The translations under genes and the position numbers were made by a program. The notes below the pieces were generated by a model, which was not told the origin of the DNA, searched no databases, and worked only from the letters and a program-made list of their open reading frames with translations. Positions 28,787 through 39,429 of a stretch of 64,000 bases of DNA are shown here, one piece after another. Each line of letters starts with the position of its first letter. The first letter of the stretch is position 1. Source of the DNA: an uncultured delta proteobacterium (lineage in GTDB: Bacteria; Desulfobacterota; Binatia; Binatales; Binataceae); assembly GCA_963765675.1 (NCBI GenBank), contig CAVXXK010000001.1, positions 2,112,001 through 2,176,000 on the forward strand. The letters are read 5' to 3'.

Positions 28787-30379
28787 ATGGTCAATACACG
28801 CTACACGCAGTGGGACGGCACTCAGAAGCTCAAGCTCGACGCCGACAAGGTGTTCGAGAAGCTCGCGGAGTACATGTCCTATACCGACGATGTCCGCCAG
28901 GCGATGGACTGGATGATGCGCCAGGGGATGGAGTTCGACGGCGTGCAGGTGATGGGACTCGAGGAGTTCATCGAGCAACTGCGCCAGGAGATGCGCCAGC
29001 GCTACCGCGATTTCAATCTCAAGAGCTCGCTGTCCGAGATGGAGCAGAAGCTCGAAGACATCCTGAACCGCGAGCGCAACACCCTTGATTCGCTGAAGGG
29101 GCAGAAGCCCGGCGTTGAGGACAAGCAGCGCGAGCTCTCGCGCACGCCGCGACGGCTCTCGGAAGCGATCCGAAAGCTCGAAGGCTACGACTTCGAAGAT
29201 GCCCAGGCCAAAGCCGATTTCGACGAGCTGCTCGAAGAGTACGAAAATATCCGCGACCTCGAGAACTTCCGCGACCGCAATCAGCACATGTTCCACGGAC
29301 AGAAGAGCCTCGGCTACCAGGAGTCGCTCGACCTGATGCGCGAGATGGAGCGGATGCGCCAGCTCGAACAGGACCTGATGTCCGGGAACTTCGAGACCAT
29401 CTCGATGGAGGATCTACAGCAGATCCTCGGGCAGCAGGCGGCCAAGGATTTTCAGAATCTGAAACAGGTGATGGTGCTGCTGGCGGACTCGGGCTACGTG
29501 ATGCCCAAGGGCGATCATTTTCAGCTCTCGCCCAAAGGCGTCCGGCGAATCGGCCAGCTCGCGCTGCGCGACATCTACCAGAACCTGCTGAAAGATCGCG
29601 GCGGCTCGCATATGACCGACCATCGCGGCGTCACCGAGATGCGTCCCGACGAGACCAAGCCCTACGCGTTCGGCGACCCGATGAATCTCGATCTGGTCGG
29701 CACCCTCAAGAAAGCGCTGGCGCGCAAGGCCGGCGTGCCGCTCGAGCTCGCGCCGAGCGACTTCGAGATTTACGAAAGCGATTTCGGCAGCACCTCATCG
29801 ACGGTGCTGTGCCTTGATATGTCGTGGTCGATGAGCTGGGAGGGGCGGTTTGCGGCGGCGAAGAAAGTCGCGATGGCGATGGAGACGCTGATCCGCTCGA
29901 AGTTCCCGCGCGATTTCTTTTCGATCGTCGGTTTCTTCACCCGCGCGGTCGAGCTCAAGCTCAAGGACCTGCCCGAGGCGTCGTGGAACATGGGCGACCC
30001 GTTCACCAATCTGCAGGACGGGCTGCGCCTCGCGTCGGACCTGCTCGGGCGGCATCCGTCGCGCAACCAGCACATCATCGTGATCACCGACGGGCAGCCG
30101 ACCGCGTATTTCCTGAACAAACGGCTCTATTGCGAATGGCCGCTCTCATTCGGCGGCATCAGCATGCGCGCCGCGCAGGAGACGCTAAAGGAAGTCGAGC
30201 GCATCACGCGCAAGGGCATCACCATCAACACCTTCATGCTCGACGATTCGCCGAGCCTGCGCGCCTTCGTCGAGAAGATGACGCAGATAAATCGCGGCCG
30301 CGCGCTCTACACCCGTCCCGATCATCTGGGCGAGTACATGCTGGTCGATTATCTCTCCAAGAAGCGCAAGCGTGCCTGA
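28787..30379 (+). CDS. VWA-domain protein, partner of the AAA+ ATPase
   Basis: MIDAS motif DMSWSM, ITDGQPT. Confidence 0.87.
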   Translation: MVNTRYTQWDGTQKLKLDADKVFEKLAEYMSYTDDVRQAMDWMMRQGMEFDGVQVMGLEEFIEQLRQEMRQRYRDFNLKSSLSEMEQKLEDILNRERNTLDSLKGQKPGVEDKQRELSRTPRRLSEAIRKLEGYDFEDAQAKADFDELLEEYENIRDLENFRDRNQHMFHGQKSLGYQESLDLMREMERMRQLEQDLMSGNFETISMEDLQQILGQQAAKDFQNLKQVMVLLADSGYVMPKGDHFQLSPKGVRRIGQLALRDIYQNLLKDRGGSHMTDHRGVTEMRPDETKPYAFGDPMNLDLVGTLKKALARKAGVPLELAPSDFEIYESDFGSTSSTVLCLDMSWSMSWEGRFAAAKKVAMAMETLIRSKFPRDFFSIVGFFTRAVELKLKDLPEASWNMGDPFTNLQDGLRLASDLLGRHPSRNQHIIVITDGQPTAYFLNKRLYCEWPLSFGGISMRAAQETLKEVERITRKGITINTFMLDDSPSLRAFVEKMTQINRGRALYTRPDHLGEYMLVDYLSKKRKRA

Positions 30380-31163
30380 ACCGCGCCGCGATCAGGCCGC
30401 CGCCGCCGTCGCGCCGGGCGTCATCCACGAGGGCGACGCGATCGCGGTGATGAGCGGATGGCCCGACGCGTCGATCGACGCGTGCATCACCGATCCTCCC
30501 TACAACATGAGCGGGCGCAAAGGCCTCAAGTGGGCGTTCAGTACGCACGTCACGATGGAGCAGCGGTGGGACCAGTTCACCCCGGAAGAGTACGTCGAGT
30601 TTACGCGGCGATGGCTCGCCGAGGTTTGCCGCGTGGTCCGTCCCAACGGAAACATCCTGGTGTTCGGAAGCTTCCACAACATCTACGTGATCGGATACGT
30701 CCTCGGACAGTTGCTCAATCGGCGCATCCTGCAGCAGATCACGTGGTTCAAGCCCAACGCGCAGCCGAACATCACCGGCAGGCTTCCGACCGAGAGCACC
30801 GAGTATGTGATTTGGGCGTGCAACAACACGCCCGAGCGCGCGAGTCACTGGAGCTTCGACTACGCGGTCTCCAAGGAGATCGGCGGCGGCAAGCAACTGC
30901 GTAACCTGTGGAATATTCCGTGCACGCCACGCTCCGAACGCGGTGCCGGCAAGCATCCGACGCAGAAGCCGCTCGAAATTGCTGAGAGGATCGTGCGGCT
31001 CTGGACGAAGCCGGGTGACACCGTGCTCGATTGCTTTCTCGGCACGGGGACGACGGCGGTGGCCGCCGAAAAGCTCGGACGGCGATGGATTGGGATCGAG
31101 CGCGACCCCGCGTATGCGGCGATCGCGCGCAGCCGTATCGCGGAATTATCGCGCGGGCGATGA
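30372..31163 (+). CDS. Orphan N4/N6 DNA methyltransferase (beta class)
   Basis: DPPY near the N-terminus, GSFHNIY, HPTQKP, DCFLGTGTT near the C-terminus. Confidence 0.92.
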   Translation: MPEPRRDQAAAAVAPGVIHEGDAIAVMSGWPDASIDACITDPPYNMSGRKGLKWAFSTHVTMEQRWDQFTPEEYVEFTRRWLAEVCRVVRPNGNILVFGSFHNIYVIGYVLGQLLNRRILQQITWFKPNAQPNITGRLPTESTEYVIWACNNTPERASHWSFDYAVSKEIGGGKQLRNLWNIPCTPRSERGAGKHPTQKPLEIAERIVRLWTKPGDTVLDCFLGTGTTAVAAEKLGRRWIGIERDPAYAAIARSRIAELSRGR

Positions 31164-32123
31164 CGCCGCGCGGGGCGAAGGCTCTTCAGCGGCCGCGTGC
31201 GCGGCGTCGCTCTCGGGTAGCTGCCAGGTTCCGCCGATCTGCCTGAGCACGATCCGATTGGACTGATCTCCGGCCGCGCGGACGAGGCGCGAGAGTGGTT
31301 CGTCCATCGGCTCCTTCGAGAGCTTGAACGTCCCCCAATGAATCGGCAGCAGGTATTTTGCGCCGGTCTGCTGGAACATCGACCAGACCTGCTCGGGATT
31401 CGCATGATTGTAGATCCACGGGTCGTATGCGCCAATCGAAAACGCCGCGACCTCGGGCGGGTCGCTCGCCAGCGCCCCGAACACGTCGGTGTTCGCGCTG
31501 TCGCACGCCAGCAGCATCCGCACCCCGTTCTTTTCGAGCACGTAGCTGTTGAAGCCGTAATCTTCGCCGAACGGTGGCCAGCGCTTGCCCCAATGCTTCG
31601 CCGCCATCGCGCGCACGGTCAGCCCCTTGACCTCGGTTGATTCGCCCCACTTGAGCTCGCGCACGTCGGTGAAGCCGAGCGGCGCGATCAGCGCCGAACA
31701 CTTGGCGCACGCGATCACCGTCGCGCTTTTCGGAAGCGTCTTGAGCGACGGAATATCCAGATGATCCATGTGCGCGTGCGTGATCAGGATGACGTCGAGG
31801 TTCTGCAGATCAGCCGGCGCAAGCGGCGGCGGAGTCACGCGGCGCGGCCCGATCGTGAAGATCGAATCGAATGCGAGTCCGACCCGGTCGAACAGCGACG
31901 GATCGGTCAGCACGCGCACGCCCAGGTAGTTCATCAACAGCGTCGCGTGGCCGAGGTTCGCGATGGTGAGAGCGCTGTCCGGCCATGCGGCGGGATTCGG
32001 ATGGCCGACAGATTCGTCCGCGGCGGGTTCCATCGCACCAGCGTACGATCGTGCGCCCGCGTACGCCAGTGCGAGCGCGGTTGCGGCGCCGAAGATCCAC
32101 AGCGCCGCCGATCGGCGCTTCAT
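31146..32123 (-). CDS. Secreted metallo-beta-lactamase-fold hydrolase (NAPE-PLD-like)
   Basis: LGHAT, THAHMDH, PIHWGTF. Confidence 0.88.
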   Translation of the reverse strand: MKRRSAALWIFGAATALALAYAGARSYAGAMEPAADESVGHPNPAAWPDSALTIANLGHATLLMNYLGVRVLTDPSLFDRVGLAFDSIFTIGPRRVTPPPLAPADLQNLDVILITHAHMDHLDIPSLKTLPKSATVIACAKCSALIAPLGFTDVRELKWGESTEVKGLTVRAMAAKHWGKRWPPFGEDYGFNSYVLEKNGVRMLLACDSANTDVFGALASDPPEVAAFSIGAYDPWIYNHANPEQVWSMFQQTGAKYLLPIHWGTFKLSKEPMDEPLSRLVRAAGDQSNRIVLRQIGGTWQLPESDAAHAAAEEPSPRAASSPAR

Positions 32124-32143
32124 TCGGGAACCGCCAGTGATTT

Positions 32144-32752
32144 TCAATTGAGCGGCTTGAAGCAGGGGAGCTTTTTGACCAGCACGTATCCGTAGGTGCG
32201 CCCGTGCCATTGGAATTTGCCGATAGGCGGCCCGAACACTTCAGTCACGGTCGTTTCCTGATCGCTGTCGGCGATGGTTTCCGTATCTTCGGGCGCGTAG
32301 GCGAGGTACTTCGGATCGCCGCCGCGTTTGAGCTGGCTCTTGAGCTCCGGCGAAAATTGCAGCTTGGCGATTCCGGGCTTGGGCTGCCATCCGTCGGCCG
32401 GCGCCATCTTCTGTTGCACGATCGCCCACTTCATTCCGTCGTCGGAATTGATCAGCCGCCACTGTCGCGCCTCGATATCGCCGTCCGCGTTCTTGCGAAC
32501 TTCCTCGACTCCGGGCGGAGTTTGCACCAGCGTGTCGCATCGCTCGCCCTGCTCATCTTCCGGTCCGGCGGTATTGCGGTCAGGCCCCTTGGCAACTTGA
32601 ATTCCGGCGTATTCGCCGAGGCTCAACGCCGCAGGCGCAACAGTGGTGAGCCCGAGAGCACATCCTGCAAGCGCGCTCAGCCCTGCGCACAAAAACGCCA
32701 GCGGCAGAGCCCGCGCGCAGGCCGGCAATTTCGACCATCGCGAACCCATCAC
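32144..32752 (-). CDS. Hypothetical lipoprotein
   Basis: Lipobox LAGC after a hydrophobic stretch. Confidence 0.65.
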   Translation of the reverse strand: MMGSRWSKLPACARALPLAFLCAGLSALAGCALGLTTVAPAALSLGEYAGIQVAKGPDRNTAGPEDEQGERCDTLVQTPPGVEEVRKNADGDIEARQWRLINSDDGMKWAIVQQKMAPADGWQPKPGIAKLQFSPELKSQLKRGGDPKYLAYAPEDTETIADSDQETTVTEVFGPPIGKFQWHGRTYGYVLVKKLPCFKPLN

Positions 32753-33747
32753 GGCTTGTCAGCGATCACGAGCGAGGAAGTGAAGGGCGGGCTCGGCAGA
32801 TCCTGGCGGCGCGCGCCGCTGAACCCGGCGTCGCCGAGCCATCCGGCGATCTCCTCGAACGAATAGTCGCGGCCTCGCGTCGCGAGCAACAGGTAGAGCG
32901 AGAATATCGCGCCGGTGCGCGGACTGATCAGTTCGCGGTTCATCACGTGATCCTTGATCACAATGGTGCCACCTCGGGCGAGCGATCGAAAGCACTTGCG
33001 CATCAGTTCCGAGCTGGCCTGTGCGGTCTCGCTGTGAACGATGTTGGAAACGAAAATCGCATCGACCGGGCCGGGCAGTTCATCTGTGAGATAGTCTACC
33101 GTGCGCAGCGTGATTCGCTTGGCGGTCTCCGCTTCGCGCTCGGCGAGGATCTTCCGCGCAACTTCAAGTGTTGCTTTAAGATCCCAGATCTCGCCCGACG
33201 CCGCCGGATATTTGCGCAAGAGCGCGGCCAGATAGGTTCCCGGGCCCCCGCCCAGGTCCGCGATCGTGCGCGCGCCGTGCAGATCCAGATGCTCCGCCAC
33301 CCACTGCGCGTCGCCGCGCGCGCGAACGAGGCTGTCCATCGCGCGGATGAAGCGTTCGGTCTCAGCAGGATCGCCCTGGAACATGTCGGGCGTGCGGGCG
33401 GGGCGGCCGCTTCGTACCGCGTCTTCGAGCGAGGACCACAGCGGGAAGATCGCCTCGTCGAACAGGATTAGCCCGCCGAGATATTCCGGCGACGCTTTGA
33501 CAAGGAAGCGGCGCGCGGTCGCCTCAAGCTGGTAGCGGCCTTCTTTGAGCTCGAGCAGGCCGAGCGCCGCGATCGCGTTGGCCAGGATTTCTCCCGCACG
33601 CGGATCGGCACCGAGGATGCGCGCGAGATCGGCGGCGGAGGCGGGGTGATGCGTCAGCGCCTCGAAGATTCCGAGTTTTAGCGCGACCTGGATCGCGCGC
33701 GCCTCGGCGTGCGCACCCGCCATCGCTGCAAGCTCGGCAAATTCCAT
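32749..33747 (-). CDS. SAM-dependent O-methyltransferase with dimerisation domain
   Basis: ALKLGIFE HTH-like region, DLGGGPG, SNIVH. Confidence 0.9.
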   Translation of the reverse strand: MEFAELAAMAGAHAEARAIQVALKLGIFEALTHHPASAADLARILGADPRAGEILANAIAALGLLELKEGRYQLEATARRFLVKASPEYLGGLILFDEAIFPLWSSLEDAVRSGRPARTPDMFQGDPAETERFIRAMDSLVRARGDAQWVAEHLDLHGARTIADLGGGPGTYLAALLRKYPAASGEIWDLKATLEVARKILAEREAETAKRITLRTVDYLTDELPGPVDAIFVSNIVHSETAQASSELMRKCFRSLARGGTIVIKDHVMNRELISPRTGAIFSLYLLLATRGRDYSFEEIAGWLGDAGFSGARRQDLPSPPFTSSLVIADKP

Positions 33748-33765
33748 CTCGGTTGGATCTTTCGT

Positions 33766-34389
33766 TCAGCGCACGAAATCCTGGGTGACGTAAATCGTCC
33801 CGTCGGCGGAATGCGCCACCCCGACTCCGGTTTCAGAGAACCGGTCCGAGAGCATCGCGGCGCGATGTTCCGGGCTGCTCATCCACGCGGCGACCGCGTG
33901 CGCGGCCAAGTCGTTCAGCTCGCGGTAGTCGTCGGAATAAATATTTTCGCCAGCCGTCTGGTAGGCAATGCCCTCGCCGGCGATCCGCTGCGCGGGGCCG
34001 ATTCCCTCTGGACTCTGATGCGACAGGTAGTGGCGCAGCGCCATGTCGTAGCTGTGGCCGCGTGCGACCACCGCCAGGCGCGCGGAGAATTTCAGTGCCG
34101 GAACTCCGGCATGCGCGCGTTCCAGATTCACTCGCGAGAGAATTTGCGCTTCCTGCTCGCTGGTTTGCGCCACCTGCTCGGGCGATCGCTGCACAGTCCG
34201 GAAAATATAAACTCGCACAATCGCCGCGCTGACCAGCGAAACCATCAGAACGCCCACGCCCGCCCGGATCGCGCGGCGGCGCCGAACAATCAGCGGCGTC
34301 GGCATCCGGATCACCTTGGCGGGACCGCGATTTGCGCGATGCGTCGTCGATCGTCTGCTGGCGGAGCGTCCGTTCATGGTGCCGCTCAT
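33766..34389 (-). CDS. CAP (SCP-like) domain membrane protein
   Basis: VNLERA, ARGHSYDM, GENI, WMSSPEHRAAML, YVTQDF; start uncertain. Confidence 0.88.
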   Translation of the reverse strand: MSGTMNGRSASRRSTTHRANRGPAKVIRMPTPLIVRRRRAIRAGVGVLMVSLVSAAIVRVYIFRTVQRSPEQVAQTSEQEAQILSRVNLERAHAGVPALKFSARLAVVARGHSYDMALRHYLSHQSPEGIGPAQRIAGEGIAYQTAGENIYSDDYRELNDLAAHAVAAWMSSPEHRAAMLSDRFSETGVGVAHSADGTIYVTQDFVR

Positions 34390-34462
34390 GTGAATCCGGC
34401 TATGCTCTGGTCGATCTCTTCGCGGCCGGTCGGGCCGATAGAGCCCTTGCTATCGCGCGTCG

Positions 34463-36736
34463 ATGAAGTTGTCAACGAAAATCCTGCTTGCATCAGTGCT
34501 GCCGGTGCTGATCGCCTTGTTTCCCGGATCGCGTGTGCTCGCCGCGCAGCCCACCGCCGCGCCCGATGCGTTGCCGGCAGGCGCGCTGACGCACAGCGCG
34601 AGCCTTTATCTGCGCGACGCGGCGTCGGACAAAATTCGATGGCAACCGTGGAGCGACGCGTCGTTCGCGCTCGCGCGCAAGCTCGATCGTCCGGTCATGA
34701 TCGATATCGGCGCCGTGTGGTGCCATTGGTGCCACGTGATGGACAATACGACCTACGCCAATCCGGAGGTCGCGCGAATCCTGAACGCGCAGTTCGTTCC
34801 GATCAAGGTGGATAGCGACGAGCGCCCCGACGTCGATTCCTATTATCAGGCTGCCGCGGCGAACCTGACCGGCGCGGGTGGATGGCCGCTGGTCTGCTTC
34901 GTTACGCCCGACGGAGCGCTGATGTACGCGACGGGATACCTGCCCGCCGCGGCCAAGGCCGGAGACCGCGGAGCGTCGGCCGCGATGATTCCGCTCCTGC
35001 GGCGTATCGCGACGGCATGGGCGAGCGATCAGCACGAGCTCAGCGGGCAGGCGAATGCGCTCGCGATGAAGCTCGCCGCCGAAGCACATCCGCCGCCTTC
35101 GGGTTCAAGCGCAGATTCGCGCGCGCTGCAAGCGCAGATTCTCGCGGCCCTGAAAGCGGCGTACGATCCGCAAGCCGGAGGTTTCGGCAGCGGCGCGGGG
35201 CCGCGCTTTTACGACTTCCCGGCGATTCGCCTGGCGCTCGCCTACGGATTTTTCGGACATCCGGAGTACCAGCGGATCGCGGTCGATTCGCTGGTCAAGA
35301 TTTCGCGCGGGGGCGTGTTCGATCAACTGGGCGGCGGATTTCATCGCTACTCGACCGACCCGCGATGGCGCGTGCCGCACTTCGAGAAGATGTCGTACGA
35401 CCAGGCGATGGCGCTCACGGCTTACTGCGACGCGTATCAGCTCACGCGCGATCCGCGGCTGCTCGCGGTGATCGAACGGACGCTCGCGTATGTCGGCGGC
35501 ACGCTGCTCGATCCGCGCGGGCACGGTTTCTATGCGCATCAGGACGCGGATTCTTTCAAGGGCGATGACGGCAGCTACTACACCTGGACGATCGACGAAG
35601 TGAAGCGCGCGCTCCCCGCCGAACAGGCGCGCGCGGCGATTCTTTTCTATGGAATGGATGCGCCGTCGCCTCCGCGCGCTCCCGACGGGCGTATCGTTTT
35701 GGCGCAAGCGCTCACGGCCGGACAGCTTGGGGATGCATTGAAAATTTCTGCGGTCGATGCGCGGACGATCATCTCGAACGCGAATCGCGGCCTGCTCGCG
35801 GTGCGCAGCCGTCGCCGCACCCCGCCGGTCGATGAGGCGGTGATGACGGATCGCAACGCGCTGATGGCGTCGGCATTCATAGCGGTATCGGCCGCGACCG
35901 GCGATGCGCGCTATGAGAAGACCGCGCTCGCGACGCTCGACTTCATCCTCGAGCATCTGCGCGCGCCCGGCGGCGGCTTCTATCACGAATGGTCGATGGG
36001 CCGCGCGGCGGTTCCGGGAATCGCCGCCGACCAGATCTATCTCGCGTCGGCGCTGCTCGACGCCTTCGAGGCGACGGGCGATCAGAAATACCTGGCCCAA
36101 GCGCGCGCGCTCGGAGATCTGATCTTCACGAAATTTCGCGACCCCGCCTCCGGACTCGTCAGGAATCAGAGCACGGAGCCCAAAGACAACGTGCTCGCGA
36201 TGTCCGCGTCGAGCGCGCAGGTCATGTACGACTCGCCGATGCCGTCGGTGCAGGGACAGGCCGCGATCGTGATGCGCACGCTCGGCGAGATAACCTCTGA
36301 TGCGCGCTACCAGAAGCAGGCCGACGAATTGCTCGCTCCGGCTGCTGCTCTCGCCGGCGGTGGCGCGGATTCCTCGCTTGGCACAGTCGGTCTCGCGCTC
36401 GAAGCGGAGGCTGATGGCGGCGCGACAATCGCGATCGTCGGCGCGTCCGACGATGCGAAAACCGCGGCGCTACTCGCGGCCGCGTTCGCCGCGTATCGCC
36501 CCGCGAAGGTCGTGGTCCGCGTCGATCCGGCGCGCGCGAAATCAGGCGCGATGCCGATGGCGGCGCAGGCGATGTACGCCGCGGCCGCCAGCCACGACGC
36601 TCCACTCGCTTTCGTCTGCGCCGGCACCGCTTGCGCAAGGCCGGTCTCGGACCCGAATGCGCTCGCGCATCTGATCGCGACCTTCATGACCAGCGGCGCG
36701 TCGCGCGGCCTCGGCCTTCAGCGTCCGCCCAAATAG
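34463..36736 (+). CDS. YyaL/DUF255 thioredoxin-domain protein, secreted
   Basis: WCHWCHVM, ERPDVD, GGWP, GGGFHRYS.D..W.VPHFEKM.YDQA. Confidence 0.9.
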   Translation: MKLSTKILLASVLPVLIALFPGSRVLAAQPTAAPDALPAGALTHSASLYLRDAASDKIRWQPWSDASFALARKLDRPVMIDIGAVWCHWCHVMDNTTYANPEVARILNAQFVPIKVDSDERPDVDSYYQAAAANLTGAGGWPLVCFVTPDGALMYATGYLPAAAKAGDRGASAAMIPLLRRIATAWASDQHELSGQANALAMKLAAEAHPPPSGSSADSRALQAQILAALKAAYDPQAGGFGSGAGPRFYDFPAIRLALAYGFFGHPEYQRIAVDSLVKISRGGVFDQLGGGFHRYSTDPRWRVPHFEKMSYDQAMALTAYCDAYQLTRDPRLLAVIERTLAYVGGTLLDPRGHGFYAHQDADSFKGDDGSYYTWTIDEVKRALPAEQARAAILFYGMDAPSPPRAPDGRIVLAQALTAGQLGDALKISAVDARTIISNANRGLLAVRSRRRTPPVDEAVMTDRNALMASAFIAVSAATGDARYEKTALATLDFILEHLRAPGGGFYHEWSMGRAAVPGIAADQIYLASALLDAFEATGDQKYLAQARALGDLIFTKFRDPASGLVRNQSTEPKDNVLAMSASSAQVMYDSPMPSVQGQAAIVMRTLGEITSDARYQKQADELLAPAAALAGGGADSSLGTVGLALEAEADGGATIAIVGASDDAKTAALLAAAFAAYRPAKVVVRVDPARAKSGAMPMAAQAMYAAAASHDAPLAFVCAGTACARPVSDPNALAHLIATFMTSGASRGLGLQRPPK

Positions 36737-38010
36737 CAAAAGCTCCCGTCCGGCGCGACCGAGAGCGTCGGGGTCGCGACAAAGTGGCGAGCAGGCGCGT
36801 CGATCTCGAACGCGGCGTCGTGGAGCGGAGCAAAATCCACTTCGTGAATCGAGCCGCTCGGGTCCGCGAAAAAGACTCCCTGGTCGCCGGCCGAATCCTG
36901 CGCCGGAAAGATCGTCGCCGCGCCCACCGCGGCAACCGGATCGCCGAAGCTCGCAAGCTCGCCGGGCGCCGACGCGGTCTCGCGCGCGGTCGCGACGACT
37001 CGAATCCGTCCGTGCTGGTCAAGCCGCAAAATCATCTCGCGTGATCGGCTCGCGCCGCGCAGCGCGATCGATCCGTCCGGCGCCATCCCGGGCCGTCCCT
37101 GTCCGATGTAGATGATCGCGCCGCCGGGGCTCGCGGAGCCGCGCTCGAGCGCGAGGCGGGTCCGGCGATGTTCGAAAACGTAGACCGAGTTTTCGCCGGG
37201 GCCGTCGTCAGCGAAAACGACTTCTCCGTGCGCGCCCGCCAGGGCGGGCAGACCGAGCACGGCGTACCGTTTGCCGCCAGGAGCGGATTCGCCTTCGACC
37301 GCGATCTCGGAAATTGTGCGCGCGGGTGCGATTTCGACGATCGCCAGCGGATCGTCATGCCACCATAGCGCGCCAGGCGATACTCCGCCGCCGTGCAGGT
37401 AGGCGTTGGCTACGATCGTCGCCCCGTCGGCCGCGAGTTGCAGGCTGCCGAATGAAAATCTTGCGATCCGATGGCCTCGATCCGTCTTGTCGCCGGTGCG
37501 CGCGACGCATCGCAGCTCGCCCTCGCGATAGACGAAGACCGCGTCAACTCCCGGCTTGACCGGCGTGGCAAACGCGATCGCGCCGTCGGCGTTCGCGACC
37601 GGCGACGGATCCTCGACGAAGCGCGGAACGCATCCGGGCGATACCGCCGCATGTTCCAGCGCCCGCGTAACTTGAACGCCGCCATGCGCGCCAGGATTCG
37701 CGACGAAGATGTCCCACGACTCATGCTGCCGGGCATCGATAATGTCCGCGCCGAACAACACCCGTCCGCCGATCAGCTGATAAGGAACCCCGAACTCGCT
37801 GATCGTCCCGCCGGGAGCGGGATCGCCCACGCGGAGAATCGGAACCGCGCTGCCTCCCGGGCGGCTCGCGTACAAAACCGCGACCTGGTCCATCGCAAGC
37901 TCGGCGCCGCCCGCGCCCAGGGTTAACGATACGGCCTGCGCGAGGCCGGTGAGAGAAATGATCGAGAGGATGATCGCGACGACGAGGATTGCCGAAGCCT
38001 TGGCTCTCAT
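36718..38010 (-). CDS. Secreted repeat protein, probably beta-propeller-like
   Basis: Signal peptide; repeated VA..G..APGG and G.IAF motifs. Confidence 0.65.
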   Translation of the reverse strand: MRAKASAILVVAIILSIISLTGLAQAVSLTLGAGGAELAMDQVAVLYASRPGGSAVPILRVGDPAPGGTISEFGVPYQLIGGRVLFGADIIDARQHESWDIFVANPGAHGGVQVTRALEHAAVSPGCVPRFVEDPSPVANADGAIAFATPVKPGVDAVFVYREGELRCVARTGDKTDRGHRIARFSFGSLQLAADGATIVANAYLHGGGVSPGALWWHDDPLAIVEIAPARTISEIAVEGESAPGGKRYAVLGLPALAGAHGEVVFADDGPGENSVYVFEHRRTRLALERGSASPGGAIIYIGQGRPGMAPDGSIALRGASRSREMILRLDQHGRIRVVATARETASAPGELASFGDPVAAVGAATIFPAQDSAGDQGVFFADPSGSIHEVDFAPLHDAAFEIDAPARHFVATPTLSVAPDGSFCYLGGR

Positions 38011-38100
38011 AACTGCTCCTTCGAGAAGCCGGGCGTTGAAATCATGCGCGGCGGAAGATCGGGGATCGCGCGCAAAGCTGAACGCGCGATCCCCGCGAAA

Positions 38101-39429
38101 TCACGGCGCGGCTTTCACCATCGACTGGGTGGTGAAGAAGTCGCGGTCCACCGCGCCCATGTTGATGTACCAGCATTCGCGCTCGGGCGTGCTCAGGCCC
38201 GGCAGGTAGCACATGGTCGCGAAACCGCTTTGCACGTCGGTCGAGACGGCGCCGACCTCGAACTCGCGCTTGAACGGATAGATCGCGACGCGCGCGTCAG
38301 GAACCGGACGATCGCGATAGGTCATCCACCAGATGTGGTTGTACCAGAGCTGTCCTTTCTGATCGTATTCGTCGATGTACGGTTCGAACCACGCTTCCGA
38401 GTCCATGTAGACGAGCGTCTTCGATTGCAGCGCGCCGGCGATCCGGTCCCGCCGCGGAGTCGCTTCGACCACGTAGATGTGGCGCATCTCCCACGCTTCG
38501 GGACACGCGCTCGCGCCTGCGTCGGTCGAGCATCGGATCTCTGGGGCATGCTCGGCATGCACGACGCCGAGCATCTCGCGGTCGCCCAGGAAGCGGTAGT
38601 TGTATTCCTCGGTCTTGGCGTTGAAGCCCGAGTAGTGATCGGGATTCCATGCGGTCGGACCGCTGGCGGTGCTCATGATCGATTCGTTGTCGCGGCGCAC
38701 GCGGCGTGAGCCTGGAGTCCACGACCAATCGTCGTCGCCGCGATTAGGATCGGCGTAGCGATAGCGGATGAACCCGTCGCCGCGATCAGTCGCCGGCGCC
38801 ATCACCGGGTAGAGTCCGAACAGCCACAGCCGCCCGGTCGCCTTGAAGTCGGGATCGGTTGGCATCGGCTCGACCTCGACGCGGCCAACCAAATCGTAAC
38901 CGGCGTAATGGCCAATCTGGTAATACTGGATCGGCGAAAAAGATTTGTTGTGTCCGCCGTAAACGCTGTCGCAATCGTAGAAACGCAGATCGTAGTCGTC
39001 GGTCAGAAGCGGGCGGAACACGTTGTTCCACATAATCTTTGTCGCCACGTACGGATCATTCGGATCGATCAGCGGAAACGGCTGCCCCGCCACGTATCCG
39101 ACCAGCGAGCGATTGTCGTGGCTCAGCCTGACCTGCGATGAGTACTTTTCGGTCGCGTCTTTGTAGGGCGGCGGCCAATCGATCCGGTCGCCCGGAATGA
39201 TCTTCATCGACATCCCGTTTTGCACTTTGTAATAGACCCCGGGCGAGACCAGGTCTTTTACTTTCGCGGCATTGTCGGTCGTGATCACGTCACCTGGCTT
39301 CACTTGCGCAACCGCGTTCGTAGACGCGGCGAGCATGGTGAGCACCGCGATCGCGGCGATCGTTGCAAATCCAGCGGTGGCGCGCAGAAGCTGCGCGAGC
39401 ATTCGTCTCCCTGCATATGCAAGGCGCAT
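38101..39429 (-). CDS. DUF1329-family periplasmic/outer-membrane-associated protein
   Basis: VKPGDVIT..NA.KV, YVAGQPFP.IDP.DP...KIMWN, RRVRR, WEMRHIYVVE, YDQKGQLW; GGAGG RBS. Confidence 0.82.
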   Translation of the reverse strand: MRLAYAGRRMLAQLLRATAGFATIAAIAVLTMLAASTNAVAQVKPGDVITTDNAAKVKDLVSPGVYYKVQNGMSMKIIPGDRIDWPPPYKDATEKYSSQVRLSHDNRSLVGYVAGQPFPLIDPNDPYVATKIMWNNVFRPLLTDDYDLRFYDCDSVYGGHNKSFSPIQYYQIGHYAGYDLVGRVEVEPMPTDPDFKATGRLWLFGLYPVMAPATDRGDGFIRYRYADPNRGDDDWSWTPGSRRVRRDNESIMSTASGPTAWNPDHYSGFNAKTEEYNYRFLGDREMLGVVHAEHAPEIRCSTDAGASACPEAWEMRHIYVVEATPRRDRIAGALQSKTLVYMDSEAWFEPYIDEYDQKGQLWYNHIWWMTYRDRPVPDARVAIYPFKREFEVGAVSTDVQSGFATMCYLPGLSTPERECWYINMGAVDRDFFTTQSMVKAAP

